Source: Candidatus Tayloriibacteriota bacterium (GTDB lineage Bacteria > Patescibacteriota > Minisyncoccia > Phycocordibacterales > PALSA-1337). From it: 64,000 bases of DNA. How positions within the stretch are numbered: the first letter of the stretch is position 1; each line of letters opens with the position of its first letter. The stretch lies in assembly GCA_031384385.1 (NCBI GenBank), contig JANNAN010000007.1:10236-74235 (forward strand), in the 5' to 3' direction. Position numbers and translations under genes: made by a program. Shown here one piece after another: positions 55,842-64,000 of this stretch. The notes under the pieces were generated by a model, which did not search any database, was not told the DNA's origin, and was given only the letters and a program-made list of their open reading frames with translations.

Positions 55842-57077
55842 ATGCGACAATCATTACTATTCACAAAAACTCGTAAAGATGCGCCAAAAGATGAAGTTTC
55901 AAAGAATGCTCAGCTATTGATTCGTGCAGGATTTGTTCACAAAGAAATGGCTGGAGTTTATTCGTATTTACCACTCGGTTTGCGTGTGATGAATAAAATT
56001 ATTGGAATTATTCGGGAAGAGATGAATGCCATTGATGGACAAGAACTTTCTCTAACTGCTTTGCAAGATAAAAATGTCTGGGAAAAATCTGGAAGATGGT
56101 CAGATGAAATTATCGATATCTGGTTTAAAACAGCTTTAAAAAATGGAACTGAAATCGGACTTGGTACAACGCATGAAGAAGAACTTACAAATCTTATGAA
56201 GGATTATGTTCATTCATACAGAGATCTTCCTGTTTATGCTTATCAATTCCAAACAAAATTTAGAAATGAAACTCGTGCAAAGTCTGGAATAATGAGATGT
56301 AGAGAATTCATTATGAAAGATCTATACTCTTTTAGTAAAGATCAAAAATCACATGATGATTATTATGAAAAAGTAAAGCAGTCATATATAAATATCTATA
56401 AAAAAGTTGGTCTTGGCGATAAGACTTATGTTACATTTTCTTCTGGTGGAACATTTTCTAAATATTCTCATGAATTTCAAACAATAACTGATGCTGGTGA
56501 GGATTCTATTTTTATTGATGAAAAGAAAAAGATTGCAATTAATAAAGAAGTTTTAAATGACGAAGTCCTAAAAGATTTGGAAGTTAATAGATCAGACTTA
56601 GTTGAAAAAAAGTCTGTTGAAGTCGGAAATATATTCAATTTGGGAACAAAATTTTCAGATGCATTGGACTTAACTTATTCTGATGAAAAAGATATCAAAC
56701 AAAAGGTAATTATGGGTAGCTATGGAATCGGTCCGGGAAGAGTTATGGGAACTATAGCTGAAGTTCTTTCGGACGATAAGGGTCTAGTATGGCCAGAAGC
56801 CGTTGCTCCATTTGCAATTCATTTAATTTCTATTGAAGATAAAGCAGGAAAGGTCAAGATTGAAGCAGATAAACTTTATGATAGATTGATAAAAAAAGGT
56901 ATTGATGTTCTTTATGATGATAGAGATGCTCGTCCCGGAGAAAAATTCGCAGACAGTGATTTAATTGGAATTCCAAAAAGAATTGTTATAAGTGAAAAAA
57001 CTATAGCGATAGACTCTATAGAAGTAAAAGATCGAATTACAGGGAATACGGAAATAATTAAAAATGAAAGAATTTAA
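55842..57077 (+). CDS. proS: Proline--tRNA ligase (short form without INS editing domain)
   Basis: LLIRAGF, THEE, KFRNETRAKSGIMR.REF.MKD and EVGNIFNLG motifs. Confidence 0.95.
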   Translation: MRQSLLFTKTRKDAPKDEVSKNAQLLIRAGFVHKEMAGVYSYLPLGLRVMNKIIGIIREEMNAIDGQELSLTALQDKNVWEKSGRWSDEIIDIWFKTALKNGTEIGLGTTHEEELTNLMKDYVHSYRDLPVYAYQFQTKFRNETRAKSGIMRCREFIMKDLYSFSKDQKSHDDYYEKVKQSYINIYKKVGLGDKTYVTFSSGGTFSKYSHEFQTITDAGEDSIFIDEKKKIAINKEVLNDEVLKDLEVNRSDLVEKKSVEVGNIFNLGTKFSDALDLTYSDEKDIKQKVIMGSYGIGPGRVMGTIAEVLSDDKGLVWPEAVAPFAIHLISIEDKAGKVKIEADKLYDRLIKKGIDVLYDDRDARPGEKFADSDLIGIPKRIVISEKTIAIDSIEVKDRITGNTEIIKNERI

Positions 57078-58122
57078 GAAAAAATTATATAATTATCTAT
57101 CTAATGATATTGGAATAGATTTAGGAACTGCAAATACACTGGTATATCTTCGTGGTCATGGAATTGTTGTGAATGAACCTTCTGTGGTAGCGGTAAATCA
57201 AAAAACTGGAAGAATCGTGGCTGTGGGTGTTGCGGCAAAAGATATGATTGGGAGAACTCCTTCTCATATTATTGCTATTCGCCCTTTAGTTGATGGAGTT
57301 ATTTCTGATTTTGAAGTTACTGAAGAAATGATTTCATATCTTGTAAAAAAGGCTGAACTTTATTCAAAGAAAATGCTAGGGCCACGCGTTGTTGTTGGTG
57401 TTCCTTCTGGTGTTACAAATGTTGAAATTCGTGCCGTTCGTGATGCTACTAAAAATGCTGGCGCTAGAGAAGTTTACATTGTCGAAGAACCAATGGCGGG
57501 TGCAATCGGAATACGACTCCCTGTTCATGATCCAGTTGGAAGTATGATAATTGATATCGGCGGCGGAACGACAGACATTGCTGTTATTTCTCTTGGTGGC
57601 ATTGTACGCTCTAAAAATTTAAAAATTGCTGGTGATAAATTGAATAATGATATAATTTCTTATATTCGAAATGAATTTAAAATTTTAATTGGTGAAAAAA
57701 CAGCTGAATATATAAAAATTTCTGTTGGTGCGGTTGTAGTAGGTGAACCTCTAGAAACTACGATTCGTGGTCGAGATTTGATAACAGGTCTTCCTAGGGA
57801 GGTTGTTATTACTGACTCTGATATTCGTGAATCAATGAATTCATCGATTGATCTTTTGCTTGAGGCTGCAAAAGAAGTATTGGAGATAACTCCGCCAGAA
57901 ATTCTTTCAGATGTAATGAATAGAGGCATTCATCTTGTCGGTGGAGGTGCTTTGATAAAAGGCCTGGACAAGCTTTTGTCTGAAACTTTAAAGATTCCAG
58001 TTTATATTGCCGAAGATCCATTAACAGCAATTGCTCGTGGCACAGGAATTATTTTAGAAGAATTAGATAAATATCAAGATGTTCTAATACAAAATGAAGA
58101 TGAATTACGAGCTCAAAAGTAG
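57064..58122 (+). CDS. mreB: Rod shape-determining actin-like protein (paralog 2)
   Basis: GIDLGTAN and DIGGGTTD motifs; directly upstream of mreC. Confidence 0.95.
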   Translation: MKEFKKKLYNYLSNDIGIDLGTANTLVYLRGHGIVVNEPSVVAVNQKTGRIVAVGVAAKDMIGRTPSHIIAIRPLVDGVISDFEVTEEMISYLVKKAELYSKKMLGPRVVVGVPSGVTNVEIRAVRDATKNAGAREVYIVEEPMAGAIGIRLPVHDPVGSMIIDIGGGTTDIAVISLGGIVRSKNLKIAGDKLNNDIISYIRNEFKILIGEKTAEYIKISVGAVVVGEPLETTIRGRDLITGLPREVVITDSDIRESMNSSIDLLLEAAKEVLEITPPEILSDVMNRGIHLVGGGALIKGLDKLLSETLKIPVYIAEDPLTAIARGTGIILEELDKYQDVLIQNEDELRAQK

Positions 58123-58840
58123 TATAAAAAGAGGTGGCATCGGTCATACAATAAAAATTGTCCTGGGTATTATTTTGGTGCTTATTATTTTGCATTTTAT
58201 TGCACCAAATTTATTACCATCAATTTTTACAACAATTGTAAAACCATTTTGGAGTTTGGGAAATGTAGAAAATCCAGATATAAATTCTTTTTCAATTAAT
58301 GCACAAAATTCTATAATTGCTCAATTAGAAAAAGAAAATATTGCTCTGAAAGAACGATTGGGTAGACCTATTATAAAAAATTCTGTACTTGCATATATTC
58401 TTAAAAAACCACCATTCACTGTCTATGATTCATTTATTTTAGATATTGGAGTAAAACAAGGAATTTCAATAGGTGATAGTGTATATACTTTTGGTGATAT
58501 TCTAATAGGTGAAATATCAGAAATTTTTCCAACTACTTCAAAAGTGAAATTATATTCTTCATACGGTGAAAAATATAATGTTTTGGTAAGTGATAAAAAT
58601 ATTCAAGCAAGTGCTATCGGTCGAGGTGGCGGATCTTTTGAAATTGTAATTCCTAGAGATATTAAGATTTTAGAAGGTGATACTATTACAATTCCTAATA
58701 TTTCAAATACAGTCTTTGGTCTTGTTGGTAAAATAATTACTGAGCCTGCTAGAGCGTTCTCTACTATTATTTTTTCTCAACCCATAAATATCTATGAACA
58801 AAAATGGGTTATTGTTTCTCTTAAAAATTCTAAAATTTAA
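58094..58840 (+). CDS. mreC: Rod shape-determining protein MreC
   Basis: TM segment, LEKENIALK coiled coil, ILDIG..QGI..GD; synteny. Confidence 0.88.
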   Translation: MKMNYELKSSIKRGGIGHTIKIVLGIILVLIILHFIAPNLLPSIFTTIVKPFWSLGNVENPDINSFSINAQNSIIAQLEKENIALKERLGRPIIKNSVLAYILKKPPFTVYDSFILDIGVKQGISIGDSVYTFGDILIGEISEIFPTTSKVKLYSSYGEKYNVLVSDKNIQASAIGRGGGSFEIVIPRDIKILEGDTITIPNISNTVFGLVGKIITEPARAFSTIIFSQPINIYEQKWVIVSLKNSKI

Positions 58841-59115
58841 TGAAGAAAAATATTTTAATTAGAATTATATTAGGTATCATTATGTTTTGTTGCATGATGT
58901 GGGGTTATTGGTGGTTAACATGGTGTCTAGCGATTGTTCTACTTTTTTATTTTCCAATTTATTATGAAATAATAGCGTGGGGTATTTTGTATGATTCATT
59001 ATATGGTATTGCATTACCAGAATTTTGGAATATAAATTATATTTTTACAATATCAAGTATTATTCTATTTTTAATTTCAATATTTCTTAAAAAAAGATTA
59101 ATAATTTATGAATAA
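58840..59115 (+). CDS. Small membrane protein in the MreD position
   Basis: Very hydrophobic 91 aa with GILYD, between mreC and PBP2. Confidence 0.6.
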   Translation: MKKNILIRIILGIIMFCCMMWGYWWLTWCLAIVLLFYFPIYYEIIAWGILYDSLYGIALPEFWNINYIFTISSIILFLISIFLKKRLIIYE

Positions 59116-60778
59116 AAATTTAAGAAAAAATAGAGAAATTGAACCAGATGAGATTTTTTTAGATTCTCACAATTTACCACAATTCGATGATCAGCAATTT
59201 GAAGGTCGTATGGAAAAACCTATATCAAGACTAAGTCTTGTGTCGGTTATTATTTTTTTTGTAATTATCATTTTAACATTTGGTACTAAAATATGGGCAT
59301 TACAAATAAATAATGGTACAAAATATAATAATATTAGTGAACAAAATAGGCTTCGTCATACACCCATTTTTGCTGCAAGAGGTGTTATTTATGATAAAAA
59401 TGCCGTGGAATTAGCTTGGAATGCTCCCGGTAATGATCCAGATATTTCTTTAAGAAAATATAAAGATTTACCAGGTCTAGCACATGTTATTGGTTATGTT
59501 CAATATCCAACAAAAGATAATGCTGGATTCTATTATCGTGAGGATTTCGAAGGTGTTGACGGCATTGAAAAATATTTCAATTTGAAATTAAAAGGTAAAA
59601 ATGGTTTGAAATTAATTGAAGTTGATGCACATAATCAAATTCAATCAGAAAATACAATTGAACCACCAAAAGAAGGTGATAGTGTTAATCTTTCAATTGA
59701 TTATCGTCTTCAGTCAGAAATGTACAGAGCAATAAAAGATATTGCTGAAAGAGTGGGTTTTGATGGTGGCGCTGGGGTAATGATGGATATTACAACCGGT
59801 GAAATCGTTGCAATGACTAGTTATCCAGAATATAGTTCAGAAATAATGTCATCAAAAACTGATTCTGTAAAAGTAAAATCATTTTTAAAAAATAAGAATA
59901 AACCTTTTTTGGATAGAGTAATTGATGGATTATATACTCCCGGTTCTATTCTAAAAACATATGTAGGACTTGGCGCATTAAATGAAGGTATTGTGACTGA
60001 GTTCACAAGTATTTTAAGTACAGGTTCTATTTCTGTTCAAAATCAATATTATAAAGATATACAAACAGTTTTTAGAGATTGGAAAGCCCATGGATATGTT
60101 GATATTAGACACGCAGTTGCTGTTTCTTCAGATGTTTATTTTTATGAAGTAGGAGGAGGTTATAAAGATCAAAAAGGTCTTGGAATCACTTTATTAGAAA
60201 AATATTTCAAAATGTTTGGTTTTGGTGAAAGAATAGAGAATTCTTTTTTTACAGGTGCTATTGGAACAATTCCTAACCCTGATTGGAAAAAAAAGTATTT
60301 TAATGGAGAATCTTGGAATTTGGGAGATACATATCATACAGCAATTGGGCAATATGGTTTTCAAGTCTCTCCTTTGCAGGCGGTTCGCGCATTAGTTGCT
60401 ATCATAAATAATGGTTTATTGAGAGATCCAAGTATTATAAAAGGTCAAGCTGGTCCAGTACTTAGACAAATAGATATTCCAGTAAAATATTTTAATATAA
60501 TAAAAGAGGGAATGCGTCTTGGTGTTTTAAAAGGAACTGGAACTTCACTAAATGTTCCTTATGTGGAAGTTGCTTCAAAATCTGGAACAGCAGAACTTGG
60601 TGTAGCCAAAGACAATGTTAATTCTTGGATGACTGGATATTTTCCATATAAAAATCCCAAATATGCTTTTGCGGTATTAATGGAAAGAGGTTCTATTCAT
60701 AATCTTATTGGTGCTGGGGCTGTAATGAGAGAAATGCTAGATTGGATGAATGTGAATACACCGGAGTATTTTATGTAA
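59108..60778 (+). CDS. mrdA: Penicillin-binding protein 2
   Basis: ARGVIYD, PGSILK (SxxK), SSD and KSGTAE motifs. Confidence 0.92.
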   Translation: MNKNLRKNREIEPDEIFLDSHNLPQFDDQQFEGRMEKPISRLSLVSVIIFFVIIILTFGTKIWALQINNGTKYNNISEQNRLRHTPIFAARGVIYDKNAVELAWNAPGNDPDISLRKYKDLPGLAHVIGYVQYPTKDNAGFYYREDFEGVDGIEKYFNLKLKGKNGLKLIEVDAHNQIQSENTIEPPKEGDSVNLSIDYRLQSEMYRAIKDIAERVGFDGGAGVMMDITTGEIVAMTSYPEYSSEIMSSKTDSVKVKSFLKNKNKPFLDRVIDGLYTPGSILKTYVGLGALNEGIVTEFTSILSTGSISVQNQYYKDIQTVFRDWKAHGYVDIRHAVAVSSDVYFYEVGGGYKDQKGLGITLLEKYFKMFGFGERIENSFFTGAIGTIPNPDWKKKYFNGESWNLGDTYHTAIGQYGFQVSPLQAVRALVAIINNGLLRDPSIIKGQAGPVLRQIDIPVKYFNIIKEGMRLGVLKGTGTSLNVPYVEVASKSGTAELGVAKDNVNSWMTGYFPYKNPKYAFAVLMERGSIHNLIGAGAVMREMLDWMNVNTPEYFM

Positions 60779-60894
60779 TTCACTACTTATCCCCACGAAA
60801 TAAAGAAATGATAAAGATTTTGTGATTTTATCTATTGCATATATAAAGATATAAATATTATAATTACAACATTAAATATTAATCAAAAACTAAA

Positions 60895-61389
60895 ATGCAA
60901 GAAAAAGAACCACAATATTTTAAAGAATTTAGAGAAAAACTAGATATTAGACTTGAAACCGAAGAGCCAAAGTATTTCAAAGAATTTAGAGAAAAACTAG
61001 ATATTAGACTTGAAACCCAAGAGCCAAAGTATTTTAAGGAGTTTAAAAAAGAAACAAAGGTTGGTGTTGACGCCTTAAGATCAGATATGAAGCAAAGTAC
61101 AAAAAATATGGAAGCTAATCTAGAGCTTTATAGATTAGATATGAAGCAATATACAAAAGATTTAGTAGTCAGTTTCAATGAAAAGATTAGGGGGATAGGA
61201 GATTATGTAAAATCAATTGATGAAAAAGTTACGAGAATAGACAAAAGAGTCGTCGGAATGGATCATAAATTATCATTAATACAACATGATGTATTAAGTA
61301 TTAAGGGTACTTTAGATAATAAGGCAGATGAAAATGATTCGATTAATTTAAAAAGAAGAGTCGTAATTTTGGAATCAAAAATAGCTTAA
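60895..61389 (+). CDS. Coiled-coil hypothetical protein with 19-aa tandem repeats
   Basis: EP(Q/K)YFKEFREKLDIRLET repeated about 2.5 times. Confidence 0.75.
   Translation: MQEKEPQYFKEFREKLDIRLETEEPKYFKEFREKLDIRLETQEPKYFKEFKKETKVGVDALRSDMKQSTKNMEANLELYRLDMKQYTKDLVVSFNEKIRGIGDYVKSIDEKVTRIDKRVVGMDHKLSLIQHDVLSIKGTLDNKADENDSINLKRRVVILESKIA
60907..61050 (+). repeat. 57-bp tandem repeat, ~2.5 copies
   Basis: AAAGAATTTAGAGAAAAACTAGATATTAGACTTGAAACC identical in two copies. Confidence 0.9.
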
Positions 61390-61408
61390 ATTTGATCTTG
61401 ATTAAGAT

Positions 61409-61440
61409 AACAGCAGATATAGTCTATATCTGCTGTTTTT
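61409..61440 (+). terminator. Intrinsic terminator
   Basis: AACAGCAGATATA-gtc-TATATCTGCTGTT followed by T run. Confidence 0.8.
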
Positions 61441-61480
61441 ATTGTGAAAAAGTGGATAACTTTGTTTGCAACGATGTATT

Positions 61481-61520
61481 AAGTGGTGTAAAATGGTAGA
61501 TAAGTGGGAAGAAGTAGGAA
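61481..61520 (+). promoter_or_regulatory. MraZ-binding direct repeats
   Basis: GTGG/ATGG/GTGG/GTAG at 61483, 61493, 61504, 61514 (10-11 bp period) upstream of mraZ. Confidence 0.75.
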
Positions 61521-61576
61521 ATATATTTTATGATCGACCATAAAAAATATTTAATAAATTCATACCACTTACATAT

Positions 61577-62020
61577 ATGTTAATTGGAGAACACCTACAT
61601 ACGATAGATGATAAAAGTAGAGTTTCTCTTCCTTCGAAATTTCGAAAGGAAATGGGAAGCAATGTTGTCATAGCTCCAGGGATAGATAGCTGTCTTTTCA
61701 TTTTTACACTGAAAGGATGGAAAGAATTCGCTGAGAGATTATCTAAACCAGATTCTTCTTCAGTTTTACAAGCAGATAATCGAAATTTCAACCGTATTAT
61801 TTTTGGTCGAGCAACCGAGGTTGAAGTGGATTCGATTGGTCGCATTCTTATACCAACTCATTTGTGTGAACATGCTGGGATTACAACAAAAGTTGCAATT
61901 ATTGGTGTTCTAAATCGAGTTGAAATATGGGATGAGAAATTGTGGTTATCATATCGTACTACGGTTGAGAAAAAAACTGATGCGTTAGCTGAAAAGCTAG
62001 GTTCAGTTGGAATTCTTTAA
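61577..62020 (+). CDS. mraZ: Division/cell wall cluster regulator MraZ
   Basis: DDKSRVSLP and DSIGRILIP repeats, VEIW. Confidence 0.96.
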   Translation: MLIGEHLHTIDDKSRVSLPSKFRKEMGSNVVIAPGIDSCLFIFTLKGWKEFAERLSKPDSSSVLQADNRNFNRIIFGRATEVEVDSIGRILIPTHLCEHAGITTKVAIIGVLNRVEIWDEKLWLSYRTTVEKKTDALAEKLGSVGIL

Positions 62021-62033
62021 TCAGAGTAAATAT

Positions 62034-62924
62034 ATGATACATAAAACTGTTCTTTTACATGAATCAATTGATGGTCTAAATATTCATTCAGGTGATATTT
62101 ATTTAGATGGCACTTTGGGAAGTGCTGGTCACGCGGAGGAAGCTCTTAAAAAGGCAAATAATGATTTGATTATTATTGGTCTCGATAGGGATACTGAAGC
62201 TTTGAATAGATCCAAAAATAGATTAGGTGAATCTAAAAATATTTTCTTAATCGAATCTAGTTATGTTGATTTGGATAAAGTCTTATCTGGAATCGGAATA
62301 GAAAAGATAAATCGCTTTATACTTGATCTTGGACTTTCATCAGATCAATTTGAAACATCAGGTAGAGGATTCACTTTTAAAAATGACGAGCCTTTATTGA
62401 TGACATTTAAAAAAGATTTGAATGAAGACGATCTCACAGCCAAGTTTATTGTAAATAATTGGGGTGAAGAAACTTTGGCGGATATTATTTATGGTTACGG
62501 AGAAGAAAAATATTCAAGAAGAATAGCAAAGGCGATAGTAAATTATAGAGAAAAAAAATCAATTGAAACAACGGGCGAATTGGTAGAAATTATTTCACAA
62601 TCTGTACCCGCATTTTATAGAAGAGGTCGTCTGCATCCTGCAACAAGAACATTTCAGGCTTTAAGAATTACAGTAAATGATGAATTGAATTCATTAAAAA
62701 TTGGTCTAGCTAAGGCTTTCGAAAGACTTGAAAAGGGAGGAAGAATGGCAATAATTTCATTTCATAGTTTAGAGGATAGAATAGTTAAAAATTTTAATAA
62801 AGAAAAAGCAGATTCTGAAGAGGCAAAAATAATTACAAAAAGACCGATTGTTCCAACAAAAGAAGAAATTATAAATAATTCAAGATCAAGAAGTGCAAAA
62901 TTAAGAATATTAGAAAAATTATAA
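62034..62924 (+). CDS. rsmH: 16S rRNA m4C1402 methyltransferase
   Basis: HKTVLL, DGTLGSAGH, DLGLSS.Q, FHSLEDR and SRSAKLR motifs. Confidence 0.97.
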   Translation: MIHKTVLLHESIDGLNIHSGDIYLDGTLGSAGHAEEALKKANNDLIIIGLDRDTEALNRSKNRLGESKNIFLIESSYVDLDKVLSGIGIEKINRFILDLGLSSDQFETSGRGFTFKNDEPLLMTFKKDLNEDDLTAKFIVNNWGEETLADIIYGYGEEKYSRRIAKAIVNYREKKSIETTGELVEIISQSVPAFYRRGRLHPATRTFQALRITVNDELNSLKIGLAKAFERLEKGGRMAIISFHSLEDRIVKNFNKEKADSEEAKIITKRPIVPTKEEIINNSRSRSAKLRILEKL

Positions 62925-62932
62925 GTAAAAAT

Positions 62933-63262
62933 ATGACAAAAGTAATTGCAGAAAATTTAAACATAGTAAAAAAACATAAAGAAATTATTTTTATAATACT
63001 TGTTATTGGATTAATTGTTTTTTCATTAAATTATGCATATTTTATACATTCTACTATTGTTAATATTGTAGAAAGAGAGCAAATTCTGAAAGACATAAGA
63101 GATAAATCAACAACCGTTAGTATTTTGGAATCAAAGTATTTTAGTGAAAAAAATAAGGTCAATATTCAATTGGCACATGCAAAAGGTTTTCAAGATGCAG
63201 AAGTTTCTTCATATATTTCTAGAAAATCTGTAACAGCATTTATTGTTCATAATGAACTCTAA
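62933..63262 (+). CDS. FtsL-like cell division protein
   Basis: Single TM segment plus coiled coil between rsmH and a PBP gene. Confidence 0.6.
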   Translation: MTKVIAENLNIVKKHKEIIFIILVIGLIVFSLNYAYFIHSTIVNIVEREQILKDIRDKSTTVSILESKYFSEKNKVNIQLAHAKGFQDAEVSSYISRKSVTAFIVHNEL

Positions 63263-64000
63263 TTCAAACATAAGAATTCGAATAGTACTTTATTGTTTGT
63301 GTACAGTGACACTATTTATAATTGGTAAATTATATTGGCTACAAATAGTTCAGGGAGATAATTATCGCGATAAAGCTGAAAAACAATATTCAAGACCAAT
63401 AGATTCTTCATTAGATCGTGGTTCTATTTTCTTTGAATCAAAAGATCAAATAAAAATTGCAGCAGCTACAATGAAAGAGGGTTATATATTAGCTATAAAT
63501 CCTAAATTAATTAAAGATATTAAAAATACATATGAATCATTAATTACCTATATAAAAATTGATAAAACACTATTTACTGAAAAGGCTATCAAAATTAATG
63601 ATCCGTATGAAGAAATTTCTAAAAAACTAGATAAAAATATTGGTGAATCTATTAAGAGTTTGAAACTTCCCGGTATTGTAATTTCTAAGGAAAATTGGAG
63701 AGTTTATCCAGCAGATACATTGGCGGCTAATACTGTTGGTTTAGTTGGATTTGATGACAATAATAATATTGCAGGAAGATATGGTCTTGAAAGATATTAT
63801 CAAAATATTTTATCAAGAATACAACAAAAAAGTTATAAAAATATTTTTGCTGAAATCTTTTCTGATGGGAAAAAAAAAGTTACTGGATTTGATAATAAAG
63901 AAGGAGATATTGTAACCTTGATTGAACCATCAGTTGAAAATTTTCTTGATAAAACTTTAATTGATACAAAAAATAAATGGAATTCAGATTCAATTGGTGG
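63252..64000 (+). CDS. ftsI: Cell division penicillin-binding protein (3'-truncated by window edge; not in ORF track)
   Basis: ATG 63252 MNSNSNIRIR..TM..LQIVQG..DRGSIF..RVYP..GRYGLERYY; dcw synteny. Confidence 0.85.
   Translation, partial: MNSNSNIRIRIVLYCLCTVTLFIIGKLYWLQIVQGDNYRDKAEKQYSRPIDSSLDRGSIFFESKDQIKIAAATMKEGYILAINPKLIKDIKNTYESLITYIKIDKTLFTEKAIKINDPYEEISKKLDKNIGESIKSLKLPGIVISKENWRVYPADTLAANTVGLVGFDDNNNIAGRYGLERYYQNILSRIQQKSYKNIFAEIFSDGKKKVTGFDNKEGDIVTLIEPSVENFLDKTLIDTKNKWNSDSIG

Noticed and set aside
52253-58122. Two mreB paralogs as a novelty
   Set aside because: Multiple MreB-like paralogs are common in bacteria, and both copies look intact and ordinary.
1-64000. Alternative genetic code (UGA=Gly, as in Gracilibacteria/Absconditabacteria)
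   Set aside because: Conserved genes are full length in code 11 and TGA serves as a normal stop, e.g. in def and the genes ending at 27926 and 28490.

Overview
This is an AT-rich bacterial chromosome segment in the standard genetic code. Gene content and style point to Patescibacteria/CPR, probably Parcubacteria (inference). The housekeeping backbone runs rpoB-rpoC, dnaG-rpoD-UvrD/nuclease, hisS, truB, typA, a type IV pilus cluster, hpf, fmt-def-priA, murA-mreB-holB, frr-rseP-proS, mreB-mreC-mrdA and the start of the dcw cluster (mraZ-rsmH-ftsL-like-ftsI). The main accessory feature is a ~12.2 kb element (33798-46006) integrated at the 3' end of a tRNA-Asn(GTT) by a large serine recombinase. 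Its crossover core (GCTC) lies inside the recombinase gene. Joining the two ends in silico swaps an 11-aa tail read antisense from the tRNA for an in-frame 41-aa tail stranded at the far end. The element carries a Fic protein, a YeeA/B/C-like methyltransferase-helicase-T5orf172 operon, a putative HEPN protein, a Rep-like HTH gene with iteron-like repeats and two non-coding palindrome/hairpin arrays. Outside it, 25-bp 11-3-11 palindromes occur both inside and upstream of Bro-N genes, and an 11-bp-period TCTTTAT motif sits at a fixed distance from the -10 element of three promoters. All calls come from reading the sequence; no searches were run.
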